DNA of 64,000 nt from Octopus vulgaris (Eukaryota), in contig OX597833.1 in the NCBI GenBank assembly GCA_951406725.2, positions 20,584,001 through 20,648,000 on the forward strand, read 5' to 3'. How positions within the stretch are numbered: position 1 is the first letter of the stretch; each line of letters opens with the position of its first letter. Below are positions 40,279-54,582 of the stretch, piece after piece. The position numbers and the translations under genes are program-made. Under the pieces are notes generated by a model that worked only from the letters and a program-made list of their open reading frames with translations, had not been told where the DNA came from and made no database searches.

Positions 40279-40659
40279 GGAAGCACTCCGTCGTTTACGA
40301 CGACGAGGGTTCCGGTTGATCCGATCAACGGAACAGCCTGCTCGTGAAATTAACGTGTAAGTGGCTGAGCACTCCACAGACACGTGCACCCTTAACGTAG
40401 TTCTCGGGGATATTCAGCGTGACACAGAGAGTGACAAGGCCGACCCTTTGAAATACAGGTACAACAGAAACAGGAAGTAAGAGTGAGAGAAAGTTGTGGC
40501 GAAAGAGTACAGCAGGGATCACCACCATCCCTGCCGGAGCCTCGTGGAGCTTTAGGTGTTTTCGCTCAATAAACACTCACAACGCCCGGTCTGAGAATCG
40601 AAACCGTGATCCTACGACCGCGAGTCCGCTGCCCTAACCACTGGGCCATTGCGCCTCCA
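40279..40659 (-). mobile_element. SINE family C, full length
   Basis: Matches 31661-32020. Confidence 0.85.
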
Positions 40660-40781
40660 CAATTATGAATAATACAGTGCTTTTGGTGCTTGTAGCTGGA
40701 GTGTGTGTGTGTGTGGGGGGGATCTATATCAACTGCATGTAGCTGTTAACAACATGTTGGAGTTGAAATTGTCACAGATAT

Positions 40782-41360
40782 TCTTTTCTACCCTAGGTAC
40801 AAAGCCCGAAATTTTGTAGGAGGGAGCCAGTTGATTTTGTAGGAGGGAGCCATCTGGTACTTAATTTATCGACCCTAAAAGGATGAAAGGCGAAGTCGAC
40901 CTCGGCGGAATTTGAACTCAGAACGTAGCGGCAGACGAAATACTACTTCTTTACTACCCACAAGGGGCTAAACACAGAGAGGACAAATAAAGACAGACAA
41001 AGGGATTAAGTCGATTATATCGACCCTAGTGCGTAACTGGTACTTAATTTAACGACCCCGAAAGGATGAAAGGCGAAATCGACCTCAGCGGAATTTGAAC
41101 TCAGAACGTAGCGGCAGACGAAATACCTATTTCTTTACTACTCACAAGGGGTTAAACACAGAGGACAAACAAGGACAGACAAAGGGATTAAGTCGATTAT
41201 ATCGACCCCAGTGCGTAAATGGTACTTAATTTATCGACCCCGAAAGGATGAAAGGCAAAGTCGACCTCGGCGGAATTTGAACTCAGAACGTAGCGGTTGA
41301 CGGAATACTGCTAAGCATTTCGCCCGGCGTGCTAACGTGTCTGCCAGCTCGCCACCTTAG
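40782..41360 (-). mobile_element. SINE family A trimer
   Basis: One head plus three cores with GAAATAC(C)TA(T/C)TTCTTTACTAC junctions. Confidence 0.88.
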
Positions 41361-44160
41361 AGACTGCCACAGATATTATAAGAAGTATTGTTTGTGCATG
41401 CGTAATCAGTGAGATATACATTTGTGTGGGCAAGTGCGTGTCTGAGCTTTTATACCTCTCCACGTGACTGCATATGTCGAGCGCGAGTTTACTTCTTTTT
41501 GTGACCACGTGTGTAATAAACACGTGCCTGTGTATATATGTGCGTCTGCATAAAAGGTACACATTATACTGCATTACTGAGAGTCAGAGAAGGAGGAGCA
41601 ATGCCAACGTCCTTTTGTAAAGGTTTCCGTGGCTGGTAGGAGGAAGAGAGGAAGTCATTCTCCGACCAGAGTCCTGATCTAAATACTTGCAACAGAATGG
41701 ACTCCGTCCAAGACACCCGAGGTCTGGGTTGCGAAGACTGATATTTCTATATATAAATCTTAAGTTCTTTATCGTCCTCCAAAAGACAGGTGTGTAGTTA
41801 ACAATTTCTCTCCGCAACAACAGGGTTCCGCATTAGATCCCATCTCATCGCGCGGCACCTCAATTGAGTGTCATCTACCTTCTACCATAACTTCGAGTCG
41901 GCCTAAAACTCGTGAATGACAATATGTGGACGGAAACTATGAAGAATCCCGTTCATGTTTTGGGATGGTAGGCTTACTACTTCGCCCGGTTTTACACCAC
42001 AGCACAGATTTGAGGTGTCTTAGACAAAGTCCATTCCGCTACAAGTATTTAGATCAGGTTTCAGGTCTGAGAATAACTCCCTCTCCTCTCTTTCTCCTGC
42101 CAGACACAGAAACCTTTAAAAAGGACGTTGGCACTTCTTTTTTCTTCTATGACTAAAACATTAAACCTCACCCCAGCCAAAACAACCAGCACTTAAAGAA
42201 ACAATTAGCACCTATTGACAACATGGTCAATTCTACGTTGCGTATTTAAAAAAAAATTGAACAAGGAAGTTTGCTCCTCAACCAGATGGTCACGAATTCA
42301 GAATCGCTGCATGGCACCTTGGGCAAGTGTTTTTTACTATAGCATTATGACTGGATTTAGAAGATGGAAACTGAGAGAAGCCCGTCGTGTGTGTGTGTGC
42401 TTGTATGTGTATGTGTATGTGTATTTGTGTGTGTGTGTGGTTGTGTGTGTGTGTGTTTGTGGATGTGCGTATGTGTGTGTGAGTGTATGTGCGTATGTAT
42501 GTGCGTGTCCATGCTTGTCCGCTATCACGGCTTGAGAACCGGTTTTGGTGTGTTTACGTCCCCGTAACCTAGCGGCTCGGCAAAAGGGACGGATAGAATA
42601 AGTATCAGGCTTAAAAAAGTAAAAAACAAAGAAGTGCTGGGGTCAAATCATCCGATTAAAATTTCACAAGGCGGTGCCCCAACATGGCCGTAATCTAATG
42701 ACTACAACAAATAAAAGACAGAAGATAACGGATAGAATTGAATGGAGTTATAATCCGGCGGTACATACTTGTTTTTGTATTTTTCACCTTTCGTGTTACT
42801 GGGGGTGGCGCTGAAGCACTGCGTCGGTGAATTGGGTATGCCATCGTATGTGACATTTTTGCTTTTTGGTTTTCCCTTTTGGGAAGCTCGCAAAATGCTT
42901 TGTTAAACCAAATAACAGTTGAAACGACTGCAAAAACTTATATGGTTGAGGTTGCCTCCAAACGACGTTGAGACTGTTTGAATATCGTCCATATTATCAA
43001 AACTGATGACATGATGTCATGCAACTGTTATGACGTCACTTTCTCGTGTAGAAATTTTGTTGAAGTTATTTTAGCAAGAAGCGTACATGCAAGAAGATAA
43101 GAACGACCTTTAAGCAAGAAGCCACATAAGCAAGAAGATAAGCGTAAATTTCAGACGTTATTTAATTTATTGCCAAGTTGAACTTAGATATCATAAATGT
43201 TTATACTGTCGTTATTGTTGTAGTAGTAGTTGAACTCGTAGTCCGGCCTTAATTAAGTAAATATTTGATCAAGAGTATTTATTTCGTTTGCAACCATTCC
43301 GGTTTTTTCTCAATATCTAGATCAGTCATAGGAAAACTGCAGCCCGCTGGACTTTCTGAATGACACATCTAACGAAAATTTACCTTAATTTTTTTTTAGT
43401 AGTGCGACTCGCTTCATGATAATGTATGCGGCCTGCTTCTCGAAAAAGGTTGTTCATTCTTGTCTGGATCTACGTTACCCTGTATAATCATAGTTTCTTC
43501 TCTTCCTTCTTTGTTAACGTCAGTAGGATGTAATTTCAGGGAGCTGAGGGAGATTGAGGTGCTATCTTAGCTAGATCAAAGGTTCCGTTGAAGAACATTT
43601 CGTGCCTTCATTAACTGATGCGATCTGTATCTTCCAGCGAAAGCAGATAAAAGAAAAGCGATATCGATACTAACACTGAGAGCACTTCGTCTGGAATCGA
43701 TGGTCATCCGAGATCCTATAGTAGAAAACACATGCCCAAGGTACCATGCAGTGAGACTGAACTCGTATCCATCTGGTTGAAGAGCAAACTTCCTTGTTCA
43801 ATTCTTTTTAATATGCAGAATTGACCATGTTGTTAGTTGTTTCTTTTAGTGCTGGTTGTTTTGGTTGAGGTGAGGTTTAATGATTTAGTCAGAGCAGGAA
43901 GTGCAGTGCCAACGTCCTTTTTAAAGGTTTCCGTGACTGGGAGGAGGAAGAGAGGAAATTATTCTTAGACCAGAGGCCCGATCCGACAAAGCTATGCTTA
44001 TGTGGTTAAGATGTCCAATTCGCAACTACGTGGTGTCAGGTTCATTCCCATGCGGCGACTCCTTCAGCAAATGTATTCTTTACATAGTCGCGGGTTGTCG
44101 AATGGTTTGTAAAAGAAATTTGGGAGACAGAAGCTGTGCAGAAACCCGTTGAATATATGC

Positions 44161-44224
<64 letters not shown>

Positions 44225-44464
44225 AGGGGGTGTACGCGTGCATTAACTGATTAGTTCAGATTTTCACTACTAAAAGCTTCACAAACTCAAAAAGCTTGCT
44301 GGTATCCCGTTTGCTTTAATAGTGTTAAACTCCTAATACTAATGTTAATACTAAATAAAAACACAAAGATGATCATACTTAATTTTTGTGCCTGTGAAAC
44401 AATTAGTAATGAATGTCTGAGTCGAATGTTAATATAAATATTTAACCTCCGTGATACATGGTGA

Positions 44465-45065
44465 GTGTTCTTTTGAGCTTCTTGCCGTGATATAGGTTCA
44501 TCAGAGACCATGGATGGCAGGAGGTCAAGCTGTTTTCTGAAAACATCTAACCCTACTTTATGAAGATCCCTCATATATTTTGGTGAGGCATTAAATAGAT
44601 GTGGGCCCTTGAATCCCAAGCTACAGCAGTACATGGTCCTTACTATGGACGGGATAGCTGGGACATTTCGAACAGTGTAGTGACGTCCAGTTCAGGGGTT
44701 AGTATAGCTCTTGATGCCAAGGTTTAGTACCAATCCCTCCAGGATCTTCCACTTTATACCTCTCCCGTCACTTTATATCACTTTATAACTCTCCCGTCTT
44801 CGTTCCAGGGAGTAGAGTCGTAGCTCTTTCGGTCTCTCCCAATAGCTCAGATGTTCCATTGATGCAATCTTCCTGGTGTAGCACCGCTGAACTGCTTCAA
44901 GTTCGCTGTTAATTCGACACAGTTGGGTGACCACAGTTAAGAGCAATAATCCAGACAACTGAGTACAAGTGTCCTCCATAGAACCAGTATAGTTTGCTGG
45001 CCCCTTGTTCTGAAGGTTCTCAAAACCCATCCGGCCATTCCCTTGCACATTGCCTCTATCTTGGT
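44465..45065 (-). mobile_element. CR1/L2-group LINE 3' remnant
   Basis: ELEAVQRCYTRKIASMEHLSYWERPKELRLYSLERRRE; SLGFKGPHLFNASPKYMRDL...FRKQLD...VSDEP. Confidence 0.8.
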
Positions 45066-45195
45066 GATATGGATGTGAAACGAGCTGGTATGGTGTGCCC
45101 TCACCTAACCACATATATACTCACACATTAGAGTAACTGTAAACATGATCATTAAAATAAAGATCATCCCCACCAAAAGCCATTTCTACTCATTT

Positions 45196-45266
<71 letters not shown>

Positions 45267-45526
45267 TATTAAATTAGAGACAAAACCACTATTAGGCAAA
45301 TCAAACAATGAAAAACTTAAGCCAATACATATGATTAATTTATATTATTTAAATATGTAACAATTATTAAAAAATATATCTTTTTATTCATATCTGTATA
45401 TATATATACACATACATATTTATACACTACATATACAAATATATATATAATATTTTACTATAAAATTGGATTCAATCCTAAATCTGATTTTTCCCTGTAA
45501 GTTTGGATTTATTCCCTAATATTTAT

Positions 45527-45588
<62 letters not shown>

Positions 45589-45776
45589 TATTATTCAAAG
45601 GAATTCCAACTCTGTCTGTTTTTTATGTTTTATTTATATTCTTTATGATGTTAATGTAGAATATAGAATATATAGTATAAATAGTATATATAGTAAAATG
45701 AAATGAAGTAGTGATTGTCTTATTGAATAGATGAAATATTGAATATCAAATATTAAATATTAAGGGACTTAATATA

Positions 45777-45836
<60 letters not shown>

Positions 45837-46094
45837 TGCGTACACACACATACTTATACACAGACGCATGCACATAGGCACATGCACACACACTCAAACA
45901 CATACACTCAGGCATATAAACGCACATACATACACATGTACATAACGAAAATTATGTTTAAAGTTTACAATAGATTTTTGCATGCGAGATTTATAATATG
46001 AAACAGAAAGCAAATATGAAGCATGTCTGGACAATATACAAGCAATAGAAATATACCAGTGGTATACAAACATATTTTATTATTATTTATTCAT

Positions 46095-46388
46095 GCGCCC
46101 TTTACAAGCCTATGGACCCGGTTTCCCGGTTTCTATGGCATATGTGCTCCCCCCAGCTGGACAGGACGCCAGTCTATCGCAGCGTTACTCAAGAAAGAGG
46201 AAGAGAGAGTGAGAGAAAGTTGTGGCGAAAGAGTAGAACAGGGGTCGCCAGACACCCCCTGCCGGAGCCTCGTGGAGCTTTTAGGTGTTTTCGCTCAATA
46301 AACACACACAACGCCCGATCTGGGAATCGAAACCGCGATCCTCCGACCGCGAGTCCGCTGCCCTAACCACTGGGCTATTGTGCCTCCA
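46095..46388 (-). mobile_element. SINE with family C head and C'-type tail
   Basis: Head matches family C; tail GACTGGCGTCCTGTCCAGCTGGGG...GAAACCGGGAAACCGGG. Confidence 0.75.
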
Positions 46389-46524
46389 TACAAACATATT
46401 ACTGGTATATATTTTCTTTGTTATGTAATTTATGAAACACACACATGTGTTTCATAAATACGTGTTTCATACACGCGTAGAAACTCACAAACACACACAC
46501 ACACACACGGACGCACGTGCATAT

Positions 46525-46709
46525 AATACATACATACATACATACATACATACATACATGCATGCATGCATACATACATACATACATACATGCATGCATG
46601 CATGCATACATACATACATACATGCATACATGCATGCATACATACATACATACATGCATACATACATACATACATACATACATGCATGCATGCATACATA
46701 CATACATAC

Positions 46710-46740
<31 letters not shown>

Positions 46741-47101
46741 CATACATACATACATACATACATACATACATGCATGCATGCATGCATGCATACATACATA
46801 CATACATACATACATACATACATACATGCATGCATACATACATACATACATACATACATACATGCATACATAGATACATACATACATACATACATACATT
46901 CATTCATACATACATACATACATGCATACATACATTCATACATACATACATACATGCATGCATGCATGCATGCATGCATACATACATACATACATGCATG
47001 CATGCATGCATACATACATACATACATACATGCATGCATACATACATACATACATGCATACATACATACATACATGGATGCATGCATACATACATACATA
47101 C

Positions 47102-47132
<31 letters not shown>

Positions 47133-47698
47133 CATACATACATGCATGCATGCATGCATGCATGCATACATACATACATACATGCATACATACATACATA
47201 CATACATACATGCATGCATACATGCATGCATACATACATACATACATACATACATACATACATACATGCATACATACATACATACATACATACATACATT
47301 CATTCATACATACATACATGCATACATACATTCATACATACATATATACATACATACATACATACATGCATGCATGCATGCATGCATACATACATACATA
47401 CATACATACATACATACATACATGCATGTATGCATAAATGCATACATACATCCATCCATCCATACATACATACATCCATCCATCCATACATACATACATA
47501 CATACATACATACATGCATGCATGCATGCATACATACATACATACATACATACATACATACATACATACATGCATGCATGCATGCATACATGCATGCATG
47601 CATGCATGCATGCATGCATGCATGCATGCATGCATCCATCCATGCATCCATCCATCCATCCATCCATCCATACATACATACATACATACATACATACA

Positions 47699-47730
<32 letters not shown>
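46525..47730. repeat. 1.2-kb mosaic tetranucleotide satellite (CATA/CATG/CATC/CATT)
   Basis: Direct reading. Confidence 0.95.
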
Positions 47731-48204
47731 CACACAACTGTCCTTTGGTTTTCAAGGTATCTATTTTGTACGGCTTCACTTTGGCGACGTTTCGATTTTT
47801 GTCATCTTTTTTTTTCATATACAGAAATGCATATCGTCGTTTCCGTTTCCCTTTCCGTAACATCTTTCCACTTTCCCTTTCCTTTTCCTTTCATTTCACT
47901 TTACAACAGAAACTTCGAACGCCGTTTAATATAAACAAAAGAACTGTTAGGACAATTAAAATATACGATGCAAAAATCTAAGTCATTATAATGACTGGAC
48001 TCTAACTTCGACATGCACGCTATGCATACGTAGTAACAATATGGAAACGAGGGAGATGTGTTCTAGTATTTTGAACAAGAGACTTCTTCACTCATCCATC
48101 CATCCATCCATCCATCATTTCATACATACATATACACATATAACGAGAGAAAAACATGTAGTATGTATTTGATCTAATATTCTCTTACAGTATTTATATA
48201 TATC

Positions 48205-48616
48205 GACTCTTTTACTCTTTTACTTGTTTCAGTCATTTGACTGTGGCCATGCTGGAGCTCCGCCTTTAGTCGAGCAAATCGACCCCAGGACTTATTCTTT
48301 GGAAGCCTAGTACTTATTCTATCGGTCTCTTTTGGCGAACCGCTAAGTTACGGAGACGTAAACATACCAGCATCGGTTGTCAAGCGATGTTGGGGGGGGG
48401 GGGGACAGACACACAAACATATACACTCATACATACATACATACATACATACGACGGGCTTCTTTCAGTTTCCGTCTACCAAATCCACTCACAAGGCTTT
48501 GGTCGGCCCGAGGCTATAGTAGAAGACACTTGCCCAAGGTGCCACGCAGTGGGACTGAACCCGGAACCATCTGATTCGAAAGCAAGCTACTTACCACATA
48601 GCCACTCCTACGCCTA
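48205..48616 (-). mobile_element. SINE family B
   Basis: Full-length match. Confidence 0.85.
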
Positions 48617-48676
<60 letters not shown>

Positions 48677-49181
48677 CAGTTATAATATAACATTATCAAT
48701 TATAGAGCATAGATTCATATGTAACAGATGTAAAAGAACACCAAGTGCCTGCCTCATGATATTCTTTCATGATAAAGGAGCTCTTTATGTTACCCTATAG
48801 CCCTATTCGGACCACGTAGAACCCTGTAGAATTACACATCAGAGGGAAGTTAATATGTGATTGCTATTAAAAGCAGCAACTAAAACGGTAATAGTGTGTC
48901 TCTTTGGGTAGAGGAGAGCACATTCCTGTTAATAAAGAAAATCAGTGTGGCCTCACTGCTATAAATTATAGGGTCATGAATGTCTCCGAAATAGGCATGA
49001 AAGATTGTGAACCCCATTATGAGAACAGTAGTTGCCAGTGATGTTATTAGTAGGACCATCTCTATTGTTATGAGTAATAATGATCCAAATTCTTTTAATG
49101 GCCCATATTCTCCGTAGCTGATATCCAAACCCTTGTAGATTATCTTGTAACTAATAGGAGTAATAAAATTAAGCATAAAAT

Positions 49182-49800
49182 AGGCGTAGGAGTGGCTGTG
49201 TGGTGTCATTTTTGTAAGAGGTTCATTGCCTCATGTAATGATTTCTTAAAGAACAGTGTTATAGAGAAGCAGAGGGTCGGCAGGCGCTTTCTGTCTTCTC
49301 TCATCCTTATCATCCTTGTATCATTATCATTCATTTCATTAATGTCTTGTCCAGCCCGCAAAGCTACCTAATCTATGTACTGTCTTCATGACAAATTTAA
49401 TGAAATAAAGTAGCTTGCTTACCAATCACATGGTTCCGGGTTCAGTCCCACTTCGTGGTATCTTGGGCAAGTGTCTTTTACTATAGCCACGGGCCGACCA
49501 GAGCCTTGTGAGTGGAGTTGGTAGACGGAAACAGAAAGAAGCCCGTCGTATATATGTATATATATGTGTATGTGTGTATATGTTTGTGTGTCTGTGTTTG
49601 TCCCCCAACATCGCTTGACAACCGATGCTGGTGTGTTTACGTCCCCGTAACTTAGCGGTTCGGCAAAAGAGACCGATAGAATAAGTACTAGGCTTCCAAA
49701 GAATAAGTCCTGGGGTCGATTTGCTCGGCTAAAGGCGGTGCTCCAGCATGGCCGCATTCAAATGACTGAATCAAGTAAAAAAGTAAAAAGAGTAAAGAGT
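49182..49800 (+). mobile_element. SINE family B interrupted by a ~205-bp insert
   Basis: Head GGCGTAGGAGTGGCTGTGTGGT resumes as AAGTAGCTTGC at ~49408. Confidence 0.8.
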
Positions 49801-49924
49801 ATACAAATGTTAAGTGTAGTAATAATCATGAACACAATAGATAATATAACAATAACGTAAACCTTAATTCTAAACCTGAGTTCAAAACTTACCATAATTA
49901 CATTAAAGGAGCACGTAGATTATG

Positions 49925-50640
49925 TAAAAATGGTTTAACTCCCTCTTTGGATATTCGTATAATATTTTCACAAGCATTGGAGAAACATTTTCCAACTTCT
50001 ATTAGATATTGTAAGATATTCAATAGACACACTTCTAAATTTTCATATTCCGTCACAACTAATTTGGCCGATACTATAGTCGTTGTTAATAAGAAATTTG
50101 TGATTCTAATTATACTAGCTGTATTTTTGTTTCTTCCGTTAGTAACACATATCGATCTAATAGGAACACTACTATTGATTATGTGCTTCTTCCTAACAGC
50201 AGCTCTAATAATAATTCAAGTACTAATTTGACTCTATTTAGTAAACCTGATAGTATTTTCTGTAGAGTTAGAGATGGTCACCCTTTTAGTAACCAGTGCC
50301 TCCGGACGAATATAGTATGTAAATGTTCAGTCCTCACACCTGATATGGTTTAGTACAATATCAGTGTCACGACATCAAAATTCAAGCTGAGGTGGAGCAA
50401 CCATGTACATTCTTTTAATAACATGTACATAATACTCCATGAGCAAAATTCATTTGGATTTGAAAGATAAGAATATTGATTATTCTAATTCGTGTTTAAT
50501 TATTTGGGCAGCGCTTGTGTACAAAGAGGGTGAAGTTGTAATTACGTTGTATAGAAACACTTCAAATTCTAAGCTGTAAATCTTGACAAATTAACATCCG
50601 TAATGAGTTGTTAATCCGTTACTTACGCCAGGTTAAATAA
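49925..50640 (+). mobile_element. Penelope-like element remnant (RT thumb/linker + GIY-YIG)
   Basis: KWFN; LEKHFPTSIRYCKIFNRHTSKFSYS..NL; CRVRDGHPFSNQCLRTNIV; TTSKFKLRWSNHVHSF; IWxLKDKNIDYS; all heavily decayed. Confidence 0.75.
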
Positions 50641-52089
50641 AACCTTTTTGAGGATTCCGTTTATCAAACTTGTGTATTGTGTCATAAGATATTATAACTC
50701 AACATATGTATTTCCTTCGATTGCAATTCCTTTCTTACTGTTACAATCTTCTCTATATTCTTCTCTAATTTCTTTTCATACTTATTGTTCTGTAATTAGT
50801 TGATCCCTTCTAATGGTTTTAACTGCTCTTTAGAACTCTAATTATTCGTTTACTATCTCATTCCTATCTTATTGTTTCCTACCACAATTTTCCTTTTATA
50901 GCTAATTACTGATCCCGTTTAATGTAATAATAATTATATTAGAATCGCAAGCACGCTGGACAAAATGTTTAGCGGCATTTCGTCCGTCTTTACATTCTGT
51001 GTTCAAATACAGCCGAAGACGACTTTTCATTTCATTCTTTCGAGGTCGATAAAATAAGTACTAGTCGAGCTCTGGGGTTGATGTAGTCGACTTATCCCCT
51101 TCCCCCAGATTGCTGGCCTTGTGCCAAAATTTGAAACCAATATTTATTTCTTATCATTAATATTTACTTTTATTGTATTATATTACACTATTATATTATT
51201 ATTATATGATATGGCATCATTAATTGCAGAGCACAGAAACATATGTAGCATCAAGTACAGGGAGACTATGATACGACTTACTGTTCTATTCTATTTAATG
51301 GGAAATTAATCATCACCTTTAATTGTACGTCTTTATATCTTTCTATCGTTTTCTATCTTACTATTCTTCACGATCCTCTTCTCTCCTCCTCCTCCTCCTC
51401 CTCATTTTCTTAAACTTTTTTCTTATCATCATAGTTCCTGTAATGTTATTCCTGACATACTCATCCCACTTAACTAATGACCGTTTGTGAATACCACCGT
51501 CTTCAAATACCATTGTCATCAAAGACCATCCTCCCTACTCTGACAGCCATCGATATTATATATCCCTTGCCACACCTAACTTGGTATGCCAAGCCCCTAA
51601 ATTGATTTATCTAGTTGTATCGCCTGTCCTTTGATCAATTTACTCTGTACATTTCTATAAGCATATATAAATGATTAATTGCTCTCAACCATACTCTAAA
51701 CCACTCCCACTTATCGTATTTGCGAGGGTTTTCATCCTAATGGAAGCGTATTGTATGTTTTGCAAGGTCACGATGACCTGCCAGAATGGAGTTCCATTTA
51801 ATATCGCATGAAATTACATATCCATTGTTTATATTGATTCCAGCATGTTAAATGATTTATCCAGCCTATCTGTTATTGAAACGACTAAATAATAAGTGTG
51901 ATCCAATATCTTCAATCTTTTATTCATCATATGTTATGCACAGTGGTTGTCGTAAACGTCCTGGGTTCTCAGTTTCTGTGGAGCACATTAAATTTACTGG
52001 ATCGTTTTCCCCTCCACCAATATATCTTGTTAGCCTGGATTTACATGAGTGCTGACGGAAGGTAATCGCCTGGACTTCACACATCCCAC

Positions 52090-52201
<112 letters not shown>

Positions 52202-53334
52202 TATATTTGCGAGCAAGCTATTCAGACAAGCTACAGATATTCCTAAGAAGATAGGTAATTTTAGTCTTGTTAGATGATTTTTGCACTTAGCACTTTGTGA
52301 GTTTAGTTTTCTTAGTGACTTATGGAAAAGAAGAATTTAGGTTGGATTAAGTAATTAATTTTCAAGAATAAATTACATAGAATTTATCCTAGATATCTCG
52401 ACGCCAGCAGAAGTGGTGAGAATGTAAACAAGATTAATCATTTTGACGTTTCGGCTTGGATTTGCAATAAATCTGTGGCGACTAACGTGTGAAATAAGAC
52501 TTCGGATTTTAATTTTAATGTAACAGCAGATAGCTACATTCGTGTCAGATTAGGGTATAGCGTATTTGTCGCGTAAGTAATAAGATTTGGAAAGATAATT
52601 CACATCTGTGATTTATTAGTAGATGCTACTAATGATCTTATATGACGCATGATTAGGTGAGGTTATAATGCAAGAGATTAATCAAGCAATTTAATTGCAA
52701 TCTAGATTTACGCAAAGATATGTTAAGTTTGGAATCATTTCAAGTTTACAATTGAGAAGCAAATCAGAAGTTTATGATTGACTGGAAATTATTGCTAATA
52801 TTTGGTGAACTTTGGATTTAAGAAGGATAATTAAAGGATGTGTGCTCGGGTCGCATAAGATGCAAGCCACAGTATTGTCTCTTTTCTCTTTCATTGGTTT
52901 CGATATTTGTTCTGGCTCTGCATGACAGGATCTGCAGATGAGTGAAATCGTAATAGCAGTCACACCGTTTTCATTGACGATCTTAAGCTGCATTCAAATA
53001 GTACCCTAGAGACCAAGACAGAACACTATTGCAACATTTTCAAATTACACAGAATTGTAGTTTTGTTAGGCAATCAGCTGAGGAAAAACTGTCAGCCAGA
53101 GAGAAAAATATGAATGACAATAGCCTGTCTATCTTTTCTATCTTCAGTGATGACTTGGAAATATCTCGAAATTTATGAGAATATTGCGTACGTTGGTGCT
53201 GTGAGTAAAACTGGAGTGACAAAAAGAATACGTCAGCAGACTTTGGAAGCTGTAAAAATCATTCAGTAAGATCATATCCCATAATGCTTTTGCAGTGCCA
53301 CAGTTAATGCTTGTGTTGGAACTAATATTCAAAA

Positions 53335-53700
53335 TACTTGACGGGACACTTGGAGAGATTCGAAACTAGAACATCAAGACAAGGAAGATATTAACCACCA
53401 CTTATAATTTTCAATTCAACAGTGACACCGACAGTACTTATGTTAAACGAAAGAATGGGAGCCGAAGCACGTGGTCAACCTCTGAGTGTCGCTCTATATC
53501 ACTCAAACAACACCCTACTCAACACTAAAGGGAGTATGTTTTCGTGTACTTAATAGTGAAAATATAAAACATCGTAGAATTCGGTAAACTTCAGAATATG
53601 TACTCAGAGTGTACAGCTGTTCCGTATGAAGAGAAAGAAGGTGGATTAGCCTGCTTAAATAAATTCTTGGAGAAGAAACACTCATCAGATGAGCAGAAAG
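53335..53700 (+). mobile_element. R4-like RT C-terminal remnant
   Basis: IKTRKILTTTYNF.FNSDTD..YVKRKNG, homologous to the DRKSR..DTDRLY..R..GGRG block near 1950-2060. Confidence 0.55.
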
Positions 53701-53867
53701 TTATACTTGGGTATATAACCTGCGACAACGAGAACGCCATCATCGTTATCAGGAATATTAGTCTTACCTGGATTGTGATAATTACTTAGCGTCTCACCTA
53801 GTAAGGTAAGTCTTTCCACTATTCGGGAGCTGAAGATTGCTACTAAATACGTGGTAAATGCAAGATG

Positions 53868-54582
53868 TAGGCTCAGGTGTGGTTGTGTGATTAAGAAGCC
53901 CGTTTTGTATCTACTTGGTTTCGTGTTCAGTCTCATTATGCGCGGTATCTTGAGGGAATTTTGAAGGTGGTGAGCTGGCAGAAACGTTAGCACGCCGGGC
54001 GAAATGCTTGTCAGTATTTCGTCTGCCGCTACGTTCTGAGTTCAAATTCCGCCGAGGTCGACTGTGCCTTTCATCCTTTCGGGGTCGATTAAATAAGTAC
54101 CAGTGACGCACTGGGGTCGATATAATCGACTTAATCCGTTTGTCTGTCCTTGTTTGTCCTCTCTGTGTTTAGCCCCTTGTGGGTAGTAAAGAAATGGGTA
54201 TCTTGAGGGAATTTGGTAGACGGAAATTGTGTGGAAGAAAGCCAGTAGTGTATGGTTATATATGTGTGTGTGCGTGTGTATGCATGTGTGTGTACGCGCG
54301 CGTATGTGCGTGTGTATGTGCGTGTGTGTGCGATGTGTGTATGCGTGCATGCGTGAGAGTGTGTGGGTCTTTGTGTTTTTGTGCCTGTTTGTCCCTCCCA
54401 CCACTCTTGACAACCGGTGTTGGTCTATATACGTCCCCGTAACTTAGCGGTTCAGCAAGAGAAGCCAATAGAATACGTGCCAGACTCGAAACATAAGTAC
54501 CGGCGACGTTTTGCTCAACTAAATACTTTTCAAGGTGATGTTCCAGTATGGCTGCACTTCAAGGACTGAAACAAGTAAAATG
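53868..54582 (+). mobile_element. Old SINE B with nested SINE A (53962-54196)
   Basis: 18-bp TSD GGTATCTTGAGGGAATTT at 53944-53961 and 54197-54214. Confidence 0.85.

Noticed and set aside
46432-47981. 500-aa and 471-aa ORFs (HTYI/MHAC repeats) and similar ORFs at 13594-14217 and 56484-57338
   Set aside because: Translations of tetranucleotide microsatellites that lack stop codons; no coding signal.
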